Shown here in pieces: positions 51,804 through 63,697 of a stretch of 64,000 nt of DNA. Position 1 is the first letter of the stretch. Each line of letters begins with the position of its first letter. The notes below the pieces were generated by a model. That model worked only from the letters and a program-made list of their open reading frames with translations. It made no database searches and was not told where the DNA came from. This stretch comes from Cyanidioschyzon merolae (taxonomy: Eukaryota): the NCBI GenBank assembly GCA_000091205.1, contig AP006502.2. One strand, given 5' to 3'. The position numbers and the translations under genes were made by a program.

Positions 51804-53792
51804 TCAGAGCGCCGCGCGCAAATGCTCTTTGCGGGCCGCTCCCGCGGAAAGTTTCTCGGCAATATGGCTGAATTGTTTCGTGTTCTGCTCAATATACTTT
51901 CGGGTAACTTGTACGAGTTCCTCTAGCTTTTCTATCCGGGACTCGTCCATACTCAGCGGCGCTACATCGGGGTTCAGACGGAAATACATATCGCGTCCAT
52001 GCGTCAGATCCAGGATCGCGTGGTGCACAGCCTCGGTATCGGTCGCGCTGCTCAACAGGGTGCGCGCCAACTCAAAGATGCTATCACCACTGGAGCCGGC
52101 AGTGGCTACTCGCTGGTTTGGCTCGCTCACGAGACGCGGATCGCAACGCCCGGTTCCAACACTTACCAACACATCAATCGGTAGGTCTGGCCAGAGCAGC
52201 TTGGCCTCGTGGCACGCAATAGCCGTCGGGTTGTTCACCAGGATTGCTCCGTCACAGAACGTTTCGCTGCCGCAGCGGAAAGCGTCGAAGTAGGTCGGTG
52301 CTGCTGATGTCGCGCGCAAGGCCTCGTACACGCGATGGTGGGCTGCATATCGATACCTCGGCTTCGATTCGGGTGGCGGGGCGTAATTTGTATGAAGAAA
52401 CGGGGCCGCGGGATTCTCACTTACAATCGTCGAGACACAGAATACGCACGGCGGATCGTCAGCGATATGCGCTACTGCCCGCGAATCAATGAGGTTCATT
52501 TCACCGGCGAACGCTCGAAAGAAGCGCTCGAGCGCCGCGCTGTCGTAGTAGCCACGACTGAAAAGGAGGCGACCCATGCCCAACCAGCGAACAGCTCGAC
52601 TGGTGGGCGTGCTGAAAACCTTGCCACAAAACTCCCTGTAGAGAAGTTCGCACTCTGCGAGGGATTTGCGAGCGATGCAGAGGGCCACGGCCAAGATACC
52701 GCCGGCTGAGGTACCAGCAACGAGGTCGAATAGCTGGTGGATAGGTTGTCCGGTGCGTCGTTCCAGCTCTTTGAGGATTTCAATCGAGACAAGAGCTCGG
52801 GCGCCGCCGCCGTCCAGCGTGAGTATCCGGATACCGTGCGGGCGAGGTCGTCGGAACAAGTTCGGGAGCCTGCCGAAGATGCGCTCGCGCGCCGCTCGTC
52901 CATGATCACCGTAGCGACGCTCGAGGCCAAGTGCTGCTACCAGCCGTCGACAAGCAGCAGTTACACGATGTGCACCGAGCAACTTCAGTTTCGGTGTTGG
53001 CGCGTCCGTGCCCGATGCATTTCGATGCGCTGCCGTTGGCTTGACCAGGAACTCTTTTGACGGAGTTTCCTGAAGGATGCGATCCAAACGCTGAACAATA
53101 CCACTCGTTGCGACGATGAGCAACGCAAACTCTCGATCACATGCGGCAATCGTGCCGAGACAGAGGGCGCTGCTCTCGACGCAGTTTGCGTCAGCGGCAG
53201 CGGCGAATATCCTGCAGAACTGTTGGAGCAGGGCACTGCGACCCACCTGATGCAACGTATCCGATTGGCACCAGTTGAGAATCGTGTGCGCGTGGCTCAA
53301 AGCCGGCGCCAGGAGCCTTTCATGGATACGAGACTGGGTACCTCCAAGTGGTCGGCGTTCGTGGGTAAGGTTTGGAGGAATGCCGTCCCCCGCGTGTCCA
53401 ATAAGAGCAGAAAAGCAGCGATCAAGCAACGCGAAACCGCAAGAGCTGACGAAAGCAGCTAGTAAGCTCCTATCCCCGCCGACCACAAGCTGTGCCGTAT
53501 CCGAGAGCACTGTTAAAAACTGGCGAACTGTTTCTATATGCCACTCTGGTGTGTCGCGAAGTCGCGAGAGCTCCCGCCGCACACGCCTGCAATCGTTGCC
53601 CGGCATTTTCTGCCCGCAGAACGAGGAACTCACACGGCCTACTACCAGCTGCCGTTTACATAGCGCAACTGGTAACCCAGCAAAGGCTCTTGAGTGCAGT
53701 GGTCGACCAAACTGCGCAGTGTGCAAAAGTCTCAACAACCCGTTCAGCCAGTAAAACGGGTATGCTAATGTGCCGAAGCCAAACTTTCCCAA
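51804..53792 (-). CDS. Patatin-like phospholipase (iPLA2-like) with a ~290-aa helical N-terminal region.
   Basis: 'ILTLDGGGARALVSIEIL' (oxyanion GGGxR), 'VAGTSAGGILAVAL' (GxSxG), 'DGAILVNNP' (catalytic Asp). Confidence 0.85.
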   Translation of the reverse strand: MGKFGFGTLAYPFYWLNGLLRLLHTAQFGRPLHSRAFAGLPVALCKRQLVVGRVSSSFCGQKMPGNDCRRVRRELSRLRDTPEWHIETVRQFLTVLSDTAQLVVGGDRSLLAAFVSSCGFALLDRCFSALIGHAGDGIPPNLTHERRPLGGTQSRIHERLLAPALSHAHTILNWCQSDTLHQVGRSALLQQFCRIFAAAADANCVESSALCLGTIAACDREFALLIVATSGIVQRLDRILQETPSKEFLVKPTAAHRNASGTDAPTPKLKLLGAHRVTAACRRLVAALGLERRYGDHGRAARERIFGRLPNLFRRPRPHGIRILTLDGGGARALVSIEILKELERRTGQPIHQLFDLVAGTSAGGILAVALCIARKSLAECELLYREFCGKVFSTPTSRAVRWLGMGRLLFSRGYYDSAALERFFRAFAGEMNLIDSRAVAHIADDPPCVFCVSTIVSENPAAPFLHTNYAPPPESKPRYRYAAHHRVYEALRATSAAPTYFDAFRCGSETFCDGAILVNNPTAIACHEAKLLWPDLPIDVLVSVGTGRCDPRLVSEPNQRVATAGSSGDSIFELARTLLSSATDTEAVHHAILDLTHGRDMYFRLNPDVAPLSMDESRIEKLEELVQVTRKYIEQNTKQFSHIAEKLSAGAARKEHLRAAL

Positions 53793-53923
53793 GTGACGTT
53801 CGTGGATATATTCCCACTGGTAGCCGGTGGTCGACCACGCGCGCTAAACTTGGTACCCGAGGTCCTGTGGCGTTCCGAAGTACTCGCGTCGTCGTCGTCG
53901 TCAACGGAACCCAGTACACTTGT

Positions 53924-53992
53924 GCCTGCCTGCCTGCCTGCCTGCCTGCCTGCTTGCCTGCCTGCTTGCCTGCCTGCCTGCCTGCCTGCCTG
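53924..53992. repeat. Microsatellite (CCTG)n, about 16 units with two T variants.
   Basis: 'gcctgcctgcctgcctgcctgcctgcttgcctgcctgcttgcctgcctgcctgcctgcctg'. Sits just 3' of the patatin gene and just 5' of the short TnpB-like derivative. Confidence 0.95.
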
Positions 53993-54039
53993 TCGCAGTG
54001 CTTTCGATAGGATATTGCTGGCCGAAAAAGCGCCTCCGT

Positions 54040-54700
54040 TGCAGAAAATGTGCCATCCCGCGCAATCTCGCACCGGATCGCGCTCGATCGTTGAAGCATG
54101 CTGGTGATTCACGTCAATGATGTGCCACATTCAGGTGCATCTCATTGTATGCTTTTTCGCAACTTTTAGCAGATACGGTCAAAGTGCGTCCACTTGAAGC
54201 AATAAAAAATCCAAGGGAAAGGTATGGACATGCAATTCGAGGATCCTGGAGGCTCGGTGTCGCCGAGTACCGGAGAAGAAACGGAAAAAACGTCTTCTCG
54301 CTGATCATCGAGCGAAGAAGAGCAAGCGAAGAAGAAACGGGAGATAGGCGAGAAAAAATGCGTTTGCCCGACTGAACGATAATGAGACGCTAGTGGCACT
54401 GGGGACATGAGTCCGAGCAATACTTGCAATGGTGCGTTCCACCAGAGGCAACAAACGCATGGAATTCGTGAACCGAGACTTGAATGCCGCCATCCATATC
54501 AGACGAGGAGTGGTGCTGAAGACGAGACTCGCACAGCTGATGTAATCCAGCTCTGGGGCGCAGCTTCTCAGGCTCGAAGTGTGCCCGGATCAATCGAATC
54601 CGATCGCAGGCGACCAGTCAGAAAAGGCTGGGAGTCGTTTGTAAGTGGAAAAGTGTTTACCCTCCGTGATCGTGGGACGTTTTCCGTTCTACTGGCGATA
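54040..54700 (+). mobile_element. Second short deletion derivative of the TnpB-like family. It starts immediately after the (CCTG)n microsatellite.
   Basis: 'GAFHQRQQTHGIREPRLECRHPYQTRS' overlaps the frame encoding 'NKRMEFVNRDLNAAIHIRRGVVLKTRL' (54440-54540). 3' block '...aatcgaatccgatcgcaggcgaccagtcagaaaaggctgggagtcg'. Homologous to 5700-6250 throughout. Confidence 0.5.
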
Positions 54701-55837
54701 TGTGGCAGCTCTGACTGACATCTTCTTGACTCAAAAGGGTCTGTATGCGTTGATGGCGTTGGAGCAGGCGCGCTCGCCTGGTATTTGATATCCGGGGGAT
54801 CGAGTGACGAATATCTCTGGGGGGAAGCATGCCTGTTGGCTGGTGAGCCCCTTGAAGCGATGCTGCGGAACGACAGACGATCTCCCGGATGCCGATATCC
54901 AACGCGCAACTGGGCATCCCTTGTGGCTGTGAACGATTAAGCGCCCAAAAAATTTGAATGAATCCAGGATGCAATCTTTGATGCATGGGGTAGTGATATG
55001 GACGCTATGTACATCGGAGCTAGACCAAGGACTAGGGATTGTGCAGGTCGCGAAGATGCCTTGTAGAGCTGCTGAGTCGTTCCGGTGCTGGTGGTCTACA
55101 CAGAGATGCACGCCGTGCAGGACCTGAGCGCAAGCACCCGAAGCACATTTCTTCTACCTTATTAGTCGTATGGAACCTGCTTCCAATGGTGTTACGGAAT
55201 CCATGGACAGGACCTGTTCCCGGATGTGGCATTCGCCGGCTATTGGGAGAAGCGCTGCAGCGCTGCGCTTTGGGCGCGTTGCTGCGTTCTGCATCGTGCA
55301 GCGGCATTTGGGCGGGCTTCGAGCATGCTCCGACTTCCGCTGCACGAAACTCACTTGTCAAGGGTTGCCATAATTTTTTTAGTACTTCCTTGCATCTGTT
55401 ACGTCACGGTGAGTCTCGACGCAAACGTTGCCGGTGCGTCTTCCAGCCGTTGGAAGCGGCTTCGGGCTTGCCGATCGTCCGAAACGACTCCCGCCCGACA
55501 AGTCGTTTGAAGTTTTGCTCGCAAACCAATTCGCCAGAGCGATCCGTTGCTGGTTTCAGCTCGCAGAACGAGCCAGCGGATAGCGACTTGGTCGACAAGT
55601 GGCCTCGTTTTGAGCGTACCAGCGTTGGCTTTGACACACCCGTCCATGCACGTGCCATTCGCTTTCTCACGATGAAAATCTATGTACTCGTCGTTGACGC
55701 GGCCATAGACCATCATCTGGACTGCGCGTTGGTTCGGGCGTATCACTGTGGAGAAGCCTTCAAGATACACCCGATGGCGATTTTATTGCTTTTCCTACTT
55801 GGAAACTGCGAGACCAAGCGATACGACCTTTGTTCAT

Positions 55838-57007
55838 TTAGGTTTCAACCTCGACGGCCACCATGTTGTACGCCTCCTCACGTTGCTTGTCGAAGAGCGC
55901 CGAGGTCAAGTAGCGTTCACCGAACGATGGAATGATGACGACGATATTCTTGCCTTTCATCTCGGGTCGCCGACCAAGCTCGAGCGCCGCAACCACAGCA
56001 GCCCCACTGGAGATACCACACAGAAGACCTTCTTCAACTGCGAGACGTCGTGCCATTTCAATTGAATCCATGCTCGTAACCTGTTTCACCTCGTTGTATA
56101 TCTTGGTGTCCAAAATTCCTGGAACGAAACCAGCTCCAATGCCTTGTATTTTGTGCGGGCCCGGTCGGCCGCCACTGAGCACCGGTGACTCCGCCGGCTC
56201 TACCGCCATGATATAGACATGCGGGTTTTGCTCGCGCAGGTAACGGCCAGCACCAGTAACCGTGCCACCGGTCCCGACTCCAGCGACAAAAGCATCCACC
56301 TTGCCACCGGTTGCGGCCCATATCTCAGGCCCAGTTGTCTCGTAGTGCGCCTTCGGGTTATCCGGATTATTGAATTGTTGAAGCATGTACGCATTTGGAG
56401 TGGTGTGAAACAACTGCTCGGCTTTGGCAACAGCTCCTTTCATTCCTTTGGCGGCTGGCGTGAGTACCACTTCGGCGCCGAAAGCGCGCAGCACCATTCG
56501 CCGCTCTATGGACATAGAGTCTGGCATCGTCAGAATCAGACGGTAACCACGAGCTGCAGCGAGATATGCCAGGGCAATTCCCGTATTGCCTGATGTTGGT
56601 TCGATGAGCACCGTTTTTCCGGGCTGGATGTCGCCCCGCTTTTCAGCCTCGACGATCATGTACTTGCCGATCCGATCTTTTACGGACGAGCAGGGCTCCA
56701 TGGACTCCAGCTTACATAGTATATGCGCTTGGACCCCCTCCTCTTCCGGAATTTTCTTGAGCTCCACAATCGGTGTATTCCCGACTAGATCGGACACGTC
56801 GCGAGCCAACGCGACCGAGGGTGGCGCAGTCAAGGCCAGCTGCACGCGCTGGCGAGCACGCGGTGAACGACGAGCGTATCCGAGAATCCTGGTCTGCTCG
56901 GGCTTCGCCCGCACAAACGTACTATTCTTTTTTCGATTCCGGAGAGTAGCTTGCGCAGCTTTGAGTGAACACGGCACCAGAACGTACATTGCGTTAGACA
57001 CAAGCAT
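55838..57007 (-). CDS. OASTL: Cysteine synthase / O-acetylserine (thiol) lyase (PLP-dependent) with a ~60-aa N-terminal presequence.
   Basis: '[10 protein letters not shown]', PLP lysine in 'CSSVKDRIG', '[12 protein letters not shown]', '[15 protein letters not shown]', '[10 protein letters not shown]'. Confidence 0.95.
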   Translation of the reverse strand: MLVSNAMYVLVPCSLKAAQATLRNRKKNSTFVRAKPEQTRILGYARRSPRARQRVQLALTAPPSVALARDVSDLVGNTPIVELKKIPEEEGVQAHILCKLESMEPCSSVKDRIGKYMIVEAEKRGDIQPGKTVLIEPTSGNTGIALAYLAAARGYRLILTMPDSMSIERRMVLRAFGAEVVLTPAAKGMKGAVAKAEQLFHTTPNAYMLQQFNNPDNPKAHYETTGPEIWAATGGKVDAFVAGVGTGGTVTGAGRYLREQNPHVYIMAVEPAESPVLSGGRPGPHKIQGIGAGFVPGILDTKIYNEVKQVTSMDSIEMARRLAVEEGLLCGISSGAAVVAALELGRRPEMKGKNIVVIIPSFGERYLTSALFDKQREEAYNMVAVEVET

Positions 57008-57714
57008 ATAACACCCGGAAATCCATGGACGATGCGCGAGCCGAGATTCTCAACGAGAGCGCAGCTCGAGGGGTCGCCGCCTGCGCTCGAGCGAAGCGCT
57101 CAAAAAGCTGTACGCAAATACGCAGTTCATGAGGCGTTCTTTAGTGGGCCTTGATGCGGACTGTCAAGGTATTCGGTTCCCTATTTGTTTCGTGTGCAGG
57201 GCCAATGTACATGATTTTTTCTAAAACGACTGTTGCTCGCTTTTCTGGTCAGAGCTTCCATATGCTGCTTACACTGGAGAAGCGAGCACTTTTGTAACCA
57301 GGTTCAACTGGAGCGACCCGCTCGCCGTGAACCTGGAAATATCTCCAGCTTTAGCCTAGTACTTTTCGGCGGTTGAATGGCATGGTTTCTGTATACTTTC
57401 GCTGAAGTTAAAGAGGCGGACTGCTTACCCATGCTTTGTCTGCAATAACAAGTTGGATCTTTTCAGGAGTTTCGCGCTGGAATCCATCTGCTTCTTTCCG
57501 TATTCGGCATGCCGCCACATAACCGGAGGCAACGTCATGTCGACCGTTTTAGAGTTTGTGTAAAAGAAGTCGCATGAGATCGCAACCATGGATGTGGTTC
57601 CATTGGAACCGGCAGAGAAGATACCGAGGTGTCTCAGCGACGCGCATACGATCCACACGTCGATATCGTCGGTGAAACAAACAATGCCCCACGACCATGG
57701 AGGGTCAATATATG

Positions 57715-57830
57715 AACATTCACAGGCGCTTCCCAGCCTTTTTCACGGTTGGCCTGCTATCGGTTTCAATTTCTCACTGCGCACTTGGAGCTTGTGAGGC
57801 TGTACCACGAAGTTAGATCGCGTCGACTCC
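57715..57830 (-). ncRNA. Candidate right-end / omega-RNA-like scaffold of the TnpB-like family. Example copy; equivalents at about 325-440 (-), 1150-1262 (+), 6150-6250 (+), 14300-14400 (+), 45205-45330 (-).
   Basis: A conserved ~60-nt block overlaps the last codons and stop of every copy. A stem-loop differs in sequence between subfamilies but stays paired. Flanks diverge 10-25 nt downstream. Confidence 0.3.
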
Positions 57831-58075
57831 TCGAGTCTCGTCTTCAGCACCCTACATCTCCTGATTTTGATGGAAATGTTGAAGTCTCGGTTTTCGAACT
57901 CCAAGCTTGTCTTGCCGCTGGTTCTACTTGCCAATGCATGGTGTCCTCGAATACGTGCCCTCGGTGCCATTTGCTGTTCTGTCAGCTCTCCGTGCTTTTC
58001 TATCGTCGAAGCGCTCCGCTGCCTTCTCTTCTATCCCAAACCTCTGAAGTGTAAACCACAGCTCATCCCGTATTT
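57715..58075 (-). pseudogene. TnpB/Fanzor-like 3' fragment (about 360 bp), 5'-truncated.
   Basis: ORF 57743..57970 'LEFENRDFNISIKIRRCRVLKTRLEESTRSNFVVQPHKLQVRSEKLKPIAGQP*'. 3' block 'ccgtgaaaaaggctgggaagcgcctgtga' immediately after the TGA stop. Homology to the 350 copy ends about 10 nt later. Confidence 0.6.
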
Positions 58076-59579
58076 GTTTCTAAAATGAACCCACTTCCTA
58101 GTGCCCTTTGGTGTGGACCTTCCCTGAGGGGGACACGCTTGCGGCACAAAGGCGGAATAGACACCGTCCTGGTCGCGTGCCGAAAGCTTCTGTGAGTCGC
58201 CCAGTGGCGCGATCATTACGTTTCAGGATACAGAACGCTCCTTCGGTGACGTTGAACCACGGAGAGTATGGAGCAATGGAAAGCAACTCTACCTCCCAAT
58301 AGCATCGGCAAAAGCTTGCACGCAATAAAAATGGTGAAATGGCGCGTTGTCGTCTGGAAAGACGTCTCCAGACGTGGGGAGAAGGGTCTTCAATGATTCG
58401 GCAAAGTGGGTGTTGTTGTATGAGCCTTCCCTACGAGCGAAACTGAGGCCGTCAAATATATCCACTGCAGCTGGAGCCGATGATGATGCCTTAGCTCTTT
58501 TCGAGTTCGATCGTACATACAACGGACCCCCTGCTCCGCGAGTACCCATATACGCCCCGACCGTATCGCTCGGACGAAGTCTCACTGACTGGCAAAACAA
58601 ACTGACGTCACTTTGCTTCATATCGATCGTGACATTCCAGGAATTCTCCAGTCGTAATTTCGGTGGAAGATAGCCGTGATTGAACTAGGACGCTTTTGTG
58701 CCAGGCTCCTAGAGTTTACAGGTCCACACGGACAAGCGGTTGAATAACAGAGACGCCCATGATGGCTTCTATACTCGCTTCAGCTTTCCATAAGCTCATC
58801 AACGGTTCGTTTTCTATCATTGACCTCAATCGCGCTTTGAGAATATCGGTTTCTGGCGCGGAACGCATAGCCTTCTTCTTGTCGGTGTTCCTCGAGTATC
58901 TGATTACTATGGTATGACGGACCTGAAGCAGGAATGCAGTCCTCCTTCCATTGTCCAGTAAAGAGCAAATATCCAATAGGCAAGTGCTCTACGATCTATA
59001 CGATATACTGCTTTGTGATTTCGATCTCCTGCTGGAGACTGCGAAAAAGCATGTGATGCCATGCAGCGGGGCGACGGAACAGAGTTGAGTTGGAAGACTA
59101 TTCGATGGACGGGCGTTCAATCTCCAAAGGCTTTTTGCTGCATATCCCAGCAGCTAGCTCATAGACTTGGATCTGTATCGAAGTTTTGGAGGGTTTCACG
59201 GAGAACGCTTGAACGCTGCAGGCACAGAGCGGGCATAGAACTCCACGAGAGAGACTATCGAGACGAGGTGTGATAAATCGCGTAGCGCCGCTCTTCCACA
59301 ACATCGGCAATATCATTTTGCAACACAGCGAACGGCAATTGAGGCAGTTTTTTGTGTCAGTCGTGTATCTTCCATGTAAAGCCTTTGCAGGATATCGGTT
59401 TGCCATGAGTCGCTAGCACGGGGCGTTGTCCACGACGGCCGAGCTTGACTTGAGGCGCGCCGGCTCTCGTTTGCTGGCCCTTGATTAATACTGAAGCGCG
59501 GTCAACTCGCAATCATCGTGCAAGCATAAAATCCACCCGTGAATTGATAGCGCTGTTCCTGAATTGAGATATTTTCCGA

Positions 59580-60835
59580 ACGTTTCATAAAATGGACAGC
59601 GACGAATTCATGTTGCATCAATATGGGCTTACGGGTGAAAAAGATTTTTTAGGATTCTTTCTCGTCTCTTTGAGATATGGCGCCTTCGACGCTTTGCGGC
59701 TGGAATTCGTTCGGTCGTCGGAATCTGGATGATTTGCGACCTCATTGAGAGGATTCGTTAAGGAACCAAAATCATCATCCAATGCATACGTACAATCCTC
59801 TACTCTTCCTCTTTCGTACCGCGTAGCATGCTACAATCACGCTTTTTCCACGTTTCGATCTCCGGTTTCAAGGCAGCTCGAGCGCCCAGCAATCGCCAGC
59901 GTCGTATTGAGCAGGAGAAATACCCGACGTCGTCTCTGAACCACTGGTTCACAAGCTCATGCCCCAAGGTCACTGAGACTGTCGCTTCAAATACTCGAGC
60001 CGTTCGAAACGCAAATCCTATTCTCAGTGTGGCCCACGGTGAGACCGCATTCCACATCAGCTTGATGCATCCTGCCGGGCATGCAGCCAGAGGCTTCCAT
60101 CTCTTCCGTTTGCGTGGAAACGTGTCTCGTACTGGGGCTTGCGTCACCGCAGCGATCGCTCTCGGTGGCAACTGCGTCAGAGCTCTGCCAGAGCCAAGCC
60201 TGGACAGAACGACGTTTCTCGACTTGATATGCAGCGTGGATTTCCGCTTCCGAGCATTGCTCTATGATGGACAGCAGCGCGTTCCAGAAACTCTCTATCG
60301 AATGGAGCAACGTGTGCTTGCGTGTGTAGCGGACAGCGTACGCGCCGAGTGCGTGGCCCCGAAAGAGCCCGTGATCGTGGGCTGCGGCACTGGGCGCTTA
60401 AACAGAGGAGAGCATCATGGTAGCCGCTGTGTCCATCAAGCGCATGTACCGGGCGACGAACTAAGCGTTTGTCGCGCCACCGGGCGGCGATCGGAGGAAT
60501 AGGTTTGAAGGACATACGGGAACACCTGACCATGCCATAGTGTCGCTGCTGTAAAGGATGCACCAAGGCTGTATACGAGAAAGAGTCGTAGATCGCAACT
60601 TTTGCCTTTACACGAAACGCATTTGCAACAGCCGGAAACAGGGAAATCGGGACTTGAGTGCTGCCTTCATCCTCCTCCGAATACTGACAACGGCATTGGA
60701 GGAACTGAGAAGAGTGGCGAATTTACACCCGGAGATAAACGAGAGGAAAAGGAAGCAGCCGCAGAACAACCCGCAAAGTGTGATGTAATTGATAATGGGA
60801 AGAGGCCCAAACCTTAGATTGTGTATCAGTGTTTG
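59580..60835 (+). mobile_element. Family B copy B6 with an intact 224-aa ORF (59828..60502). Directly upstream (3' side) of the PMM gene.
   Basis: 'ccttcgacgctttgcggctggaattcgttcgg', 'tttcgatctccggtttcaaggcagctcgagcgcc'. Tail '...gaggaaaaggaagcagccgcagaacaacccgcaaagtg...aaaccttagattgtg...ggtccggttacttttctttctgacatgag'. Confidence 0.65.
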
Positions 60836-61337
60836 TGGTCCGGTTACTTTTCTTTCTGACATGAGCGTACACGGCCGGTCCGATGCGAGTATTCGATGCC
60901 TTCCAACGATCGAGTACAGCGATGTTGCGTTTCGGGATTCCAGCTGGGTAGCGCCGACGGCATGGCACTTCCGCATCGATGCACCATCTCGTGAAGCATC
61001 AAAGAACAGATGCCTCCTTGTTCGGACAGATCTCATCACTTATTCGTTCGCTTTGACGAACACCCTCAAGGAATATGGCGGATGCCCGTCACATGCCAAC
61101 AGCTCTTGGCAGACAACAAGTCGTAGATCACGGCGGAAGTGCAGAGCATCGGAATACCACGAGCAACGCCAGTTGCTATGGTACATTGCGGACTCGCACC
61201 TCCGCTACGACGTTGCCCTATGTGCGCCAATGCCGCTGATTCGCCTCGAGCACTGCTGATATGGAAGCCTGCTACATTGCTCAGCGAGTTACGCGACAAA
61301 ATCATATCGAAACACAAAGCGGAGCCAGAGGCGACGA

Positions 61338-62123
61338 TCACGCAGCCAGCACCGCCGGATCCAACAGAGTCTCTATCTGCGGAAAGAGCTTCCGCAACAC
61401 TACGATGGTTTCCCCTGGATTCTGAACAGCGTACCCCTCAACTCTTGGATGCGAGAATATTTCCCAGTCGTTGCCCCCCTCAAAGCACTTGTCACCGATG
61501 AAAACAATCCGAGAATATTCCTTTTCAGGTAGGAACCGCAGCGCGTACTCTTTGGTCCATCCCTGTGGCATCACATCAAATGATATCTGGCCACCTATCG
61601 AGTATACGAAATTCAAGTGCTTGAAACGCTCCCGAAGATGCTCGATCATCTGCTCTCGTATGTGGTGTTCTTTGTCGTAGGCCTCGAACTCGTCTCGTTC
61701 CGCCTGAGAACAGTTCCGTCCAATCGGGCTTATATTAAGCATCCCGGTACGAAACTCGATAAACGTGCCTCTTTTCTGTGGAATCTTCAAGTCAGCTATA
61801 TAGTGCAGGCAAAAGTTGATAAACTCTTGCAGCTTCGCCTCGCCCACGGCCTCAAGCAGCGACGTCGACGCTAACAGCTCTCCGTGTTGGAACGTTTTCA
61901 GCCCGTTTTCTGCAAAAACATAGTCCACTTCTTTAAGAATTTCAGCGCCCAACTGCTCTTCGATCAGCCCTATTCGAGAGCCGCCAATGAAACCTACCGC
62001 AACCACCTGCAACAGCGCTCGGAGCACTGCGAGCACTTTCGTCGTTACTCGGTTCCGCGGTTTCGTGAGCGTTCCATCCACGTCAAAGAGTACTATCGTT
62101 CGAGAATCTTTGACTGTGGACAT
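61338..62123 (-). CDS. PMM: Phosphomannomutase (eukaryotic PMM, HAD superfamily).
   Basis: 'LFDVDGTLT', 'GGSRIGLIEEQLG', 'KRGTFIEFRTGMLNISPIGR', 'SIGGQISFDV', 'GDKCFEGGNDWEIF'. Collinear with human PMM1/2. Confidence 0.95.
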   Translation of the reverse strand: MSTVKDSRTIVLFDVDGTLTKPRNRVTTKVLAVLRALLQVVAVGFIGGSRIGLIEEQLGAEILKEVDYVFAENGLKTFQHGELLASTSLLEAVGEAKLQEFINFCLHYIADLKIPQKRGTFIEFRTGMLNISPIGRNCSQAERDEFEAYDKEHHIREQMIEHLRERFKHLNFVYSIGGQISFDVMPQGWTKEYALRFLPEKEYSRIVFIGDKCFEGGNDWEIFSHPRVEGYAVQNPGETIVVLRKLFPQIETLLDPAVLAA

Positions 62124-62299
62124 TGGACTCTGATGACCTCGCGGTGCAACGGAGTTGTGTATAATGGTTTAAACAACTTGGTGCTAAAGACCAAGGTGAA
62201 TGGCTGAGCGCAATAGCCGGTGTCCTTCTAGGACCGTGCCGGATGAAAATGGAATAGTGAACTGCTGGTTCTAATCATGCATTTCAATTTTTCCGAAAT

Positions 62300-63565
62300 T
62301 TTTAGATGTACAGCCTGGGCATTCAAAGTTCAGCAATGAGTGCTTGAGGATTCATACGTCGATTTAGGTTTCTCGGTCGACTTCTTCAGGTGGCTGCTCT
62401 GATTCTTTGCCGCTGCGCTCTGTTGCGGCACTGCAGTCAAGATGATTCGATCCGCGCTTTAGAGGAAGGGTTCGTTAAATAACTGAAATCATCATCCAAT
62501 GCATACGTACAATCCTCTACTCTTCCTCTTTCGTACCGCGTAGCATGCTACAATCACGCTTTTTTCACGTTTCGATCTCCGGTTTCAAGGCAGCTCGAGC
62601 GCCCAGCAATCGCCAGCGTCGTATTGAGCAGGAGAAATACCCGACGTCGTCTCTGAACCACTGGTTCACAAGCTCATGCCCCAAGGTCACTGAGACTGTC
62701 GCTTCAAATACTCGAGCCGTTCGAAACGCAAATCCTATTCTCAGTGTGGCCCACGGTGAGACCGCATTCCACATCAGCTTGATGCATCCTGCCGGGCATG
62801 CAGCCAGAGGCTTCCATCTCTTCCGTTTGCGTGGAAACGTGTCTCGTACTGGGGCTTGCGTCACCGCAGCGATCGCTCTCGGTGGCAACTGCGTCAGAGC
62901 TCTGCCGGAGCCAAGCCTGGACAGAACGACGTTTCTCGACTTGATATGCAGCGTGGATTTCCGCTTCCGAGCATTGCTCCATGATCGACAGCAGCGCGTT
63001 CCAGAGAATCTCTATCGAATGGAGCAACGTGTGCTTGCGTGTGTAGCGGACAGCGTACGCGCCGAGTGCGTGGCCCCGAAAGAGCCCGTGATCGTGGGCT
63101 GCGGCACTGGGCGCTTAAACAGAGGAGAGCATCATGGTAGCCGCTGTGTCCATCAAGCGCATGTACCGGGCGACGAACTAAGCGTTTGTCGCGCCACCGG
63201 GCGGCGATCGGAGGAATAGGTTTGAAGGACATACGGGAACACCTGACCATGCCATAGTGTCGCTGCTGTAAAGGATGCACCAAGGCTGTATACGACACAG
63301 AGTCGTAGATGGCAACTTTTTCCTTTCGATCCTTAGCGTTGGCAAGAACCTGAAGTAGCTGAGTCTGCACTTGAACGCTGCCATCATTATCCTTCGACTG
63401 CTGCCTTCGGAAAATGAGGGAACAGAGAAACCAGCGGATTCAAACTCGGAGGTAAGAAAGAGGAATAGGAAGCAGACGCATAAAAATTCATCAATAGCCG
63501 GTATTTATGATAGTGGGAAGAGAGCCAAACTTTAGCATCTACCCGGGAGTTAGGTAAGTCGATCC
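62300..63565 (+). mobile_element. Family B copy B7, near-identical to B6, with an intact 224-aa ORF (62545..63219). Lies on the other side of the PMM gene.
   Basis: Same blocks as B6. Terminus 'gatccgttctattctattctggcacgag' at about 63545-63570. Confidence 0.65.
62545..63219 (+). CDS. Family-B element-encoded ORF (224 aa), function unknown. It contains a 'KEPVIVGCGTG' block that aligns with the TnpB RuvC-I 'vvGIDLG' position, but the catalytic Asp is missing.
   Basis: Intact in three copies (also 59828..60502 and 44301..44912). In degenerate copies the 'PVIV(G/R).G' block changes mostly at third codon positions (cccgtgatcgtg / cccgtcatcgta / cctgtgatcgtc). Confidence 0.4.
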   Translation: MLQSRFFHVSISGFKAARAPSNRQRRIEQEKYPTSSLNHWFTSSCPKVTETVASNTRAVRNANPILSVAHGETAFHISLMHPAGHAARGFHLFRLRGNVSRTGACVTAAIALGGNCVRALPEPSLDRTTFLDLICSVDFRFRALLHDRQQRVPENLYRMEQRVLACVADSVRAECVAPKEPVIVGCGTGRLNRGEHHGSRCVHQAHVPGDELSVCRATGRRSEE

Positions 63566-63697
63566 GTTCTATTCTATTCTGGCACGAGTGTCGATCTGGC
63601 TTAGCTGTGCGCAGAGCCGCTGGCAACGCCTGTGCGGACACGGCTGCTTTGCGCGACGGTCTACAGGGCAGGTGCTTGGCTTCGCGTTGCGTTCAAC

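Noticed and set aside
59828-60502. The family-B 224-aa ORF as an IS200-type Y1 (HuH) transposase
   Set aside because: The N-terminal 'FFHVSISG' is not a His-hydrophobic-His motif. No conserved catalytic Tyr context is recognisable. Size alone is not evidence. Kept as 'unknown, possibly degenerate TnpB N-terminal half'.
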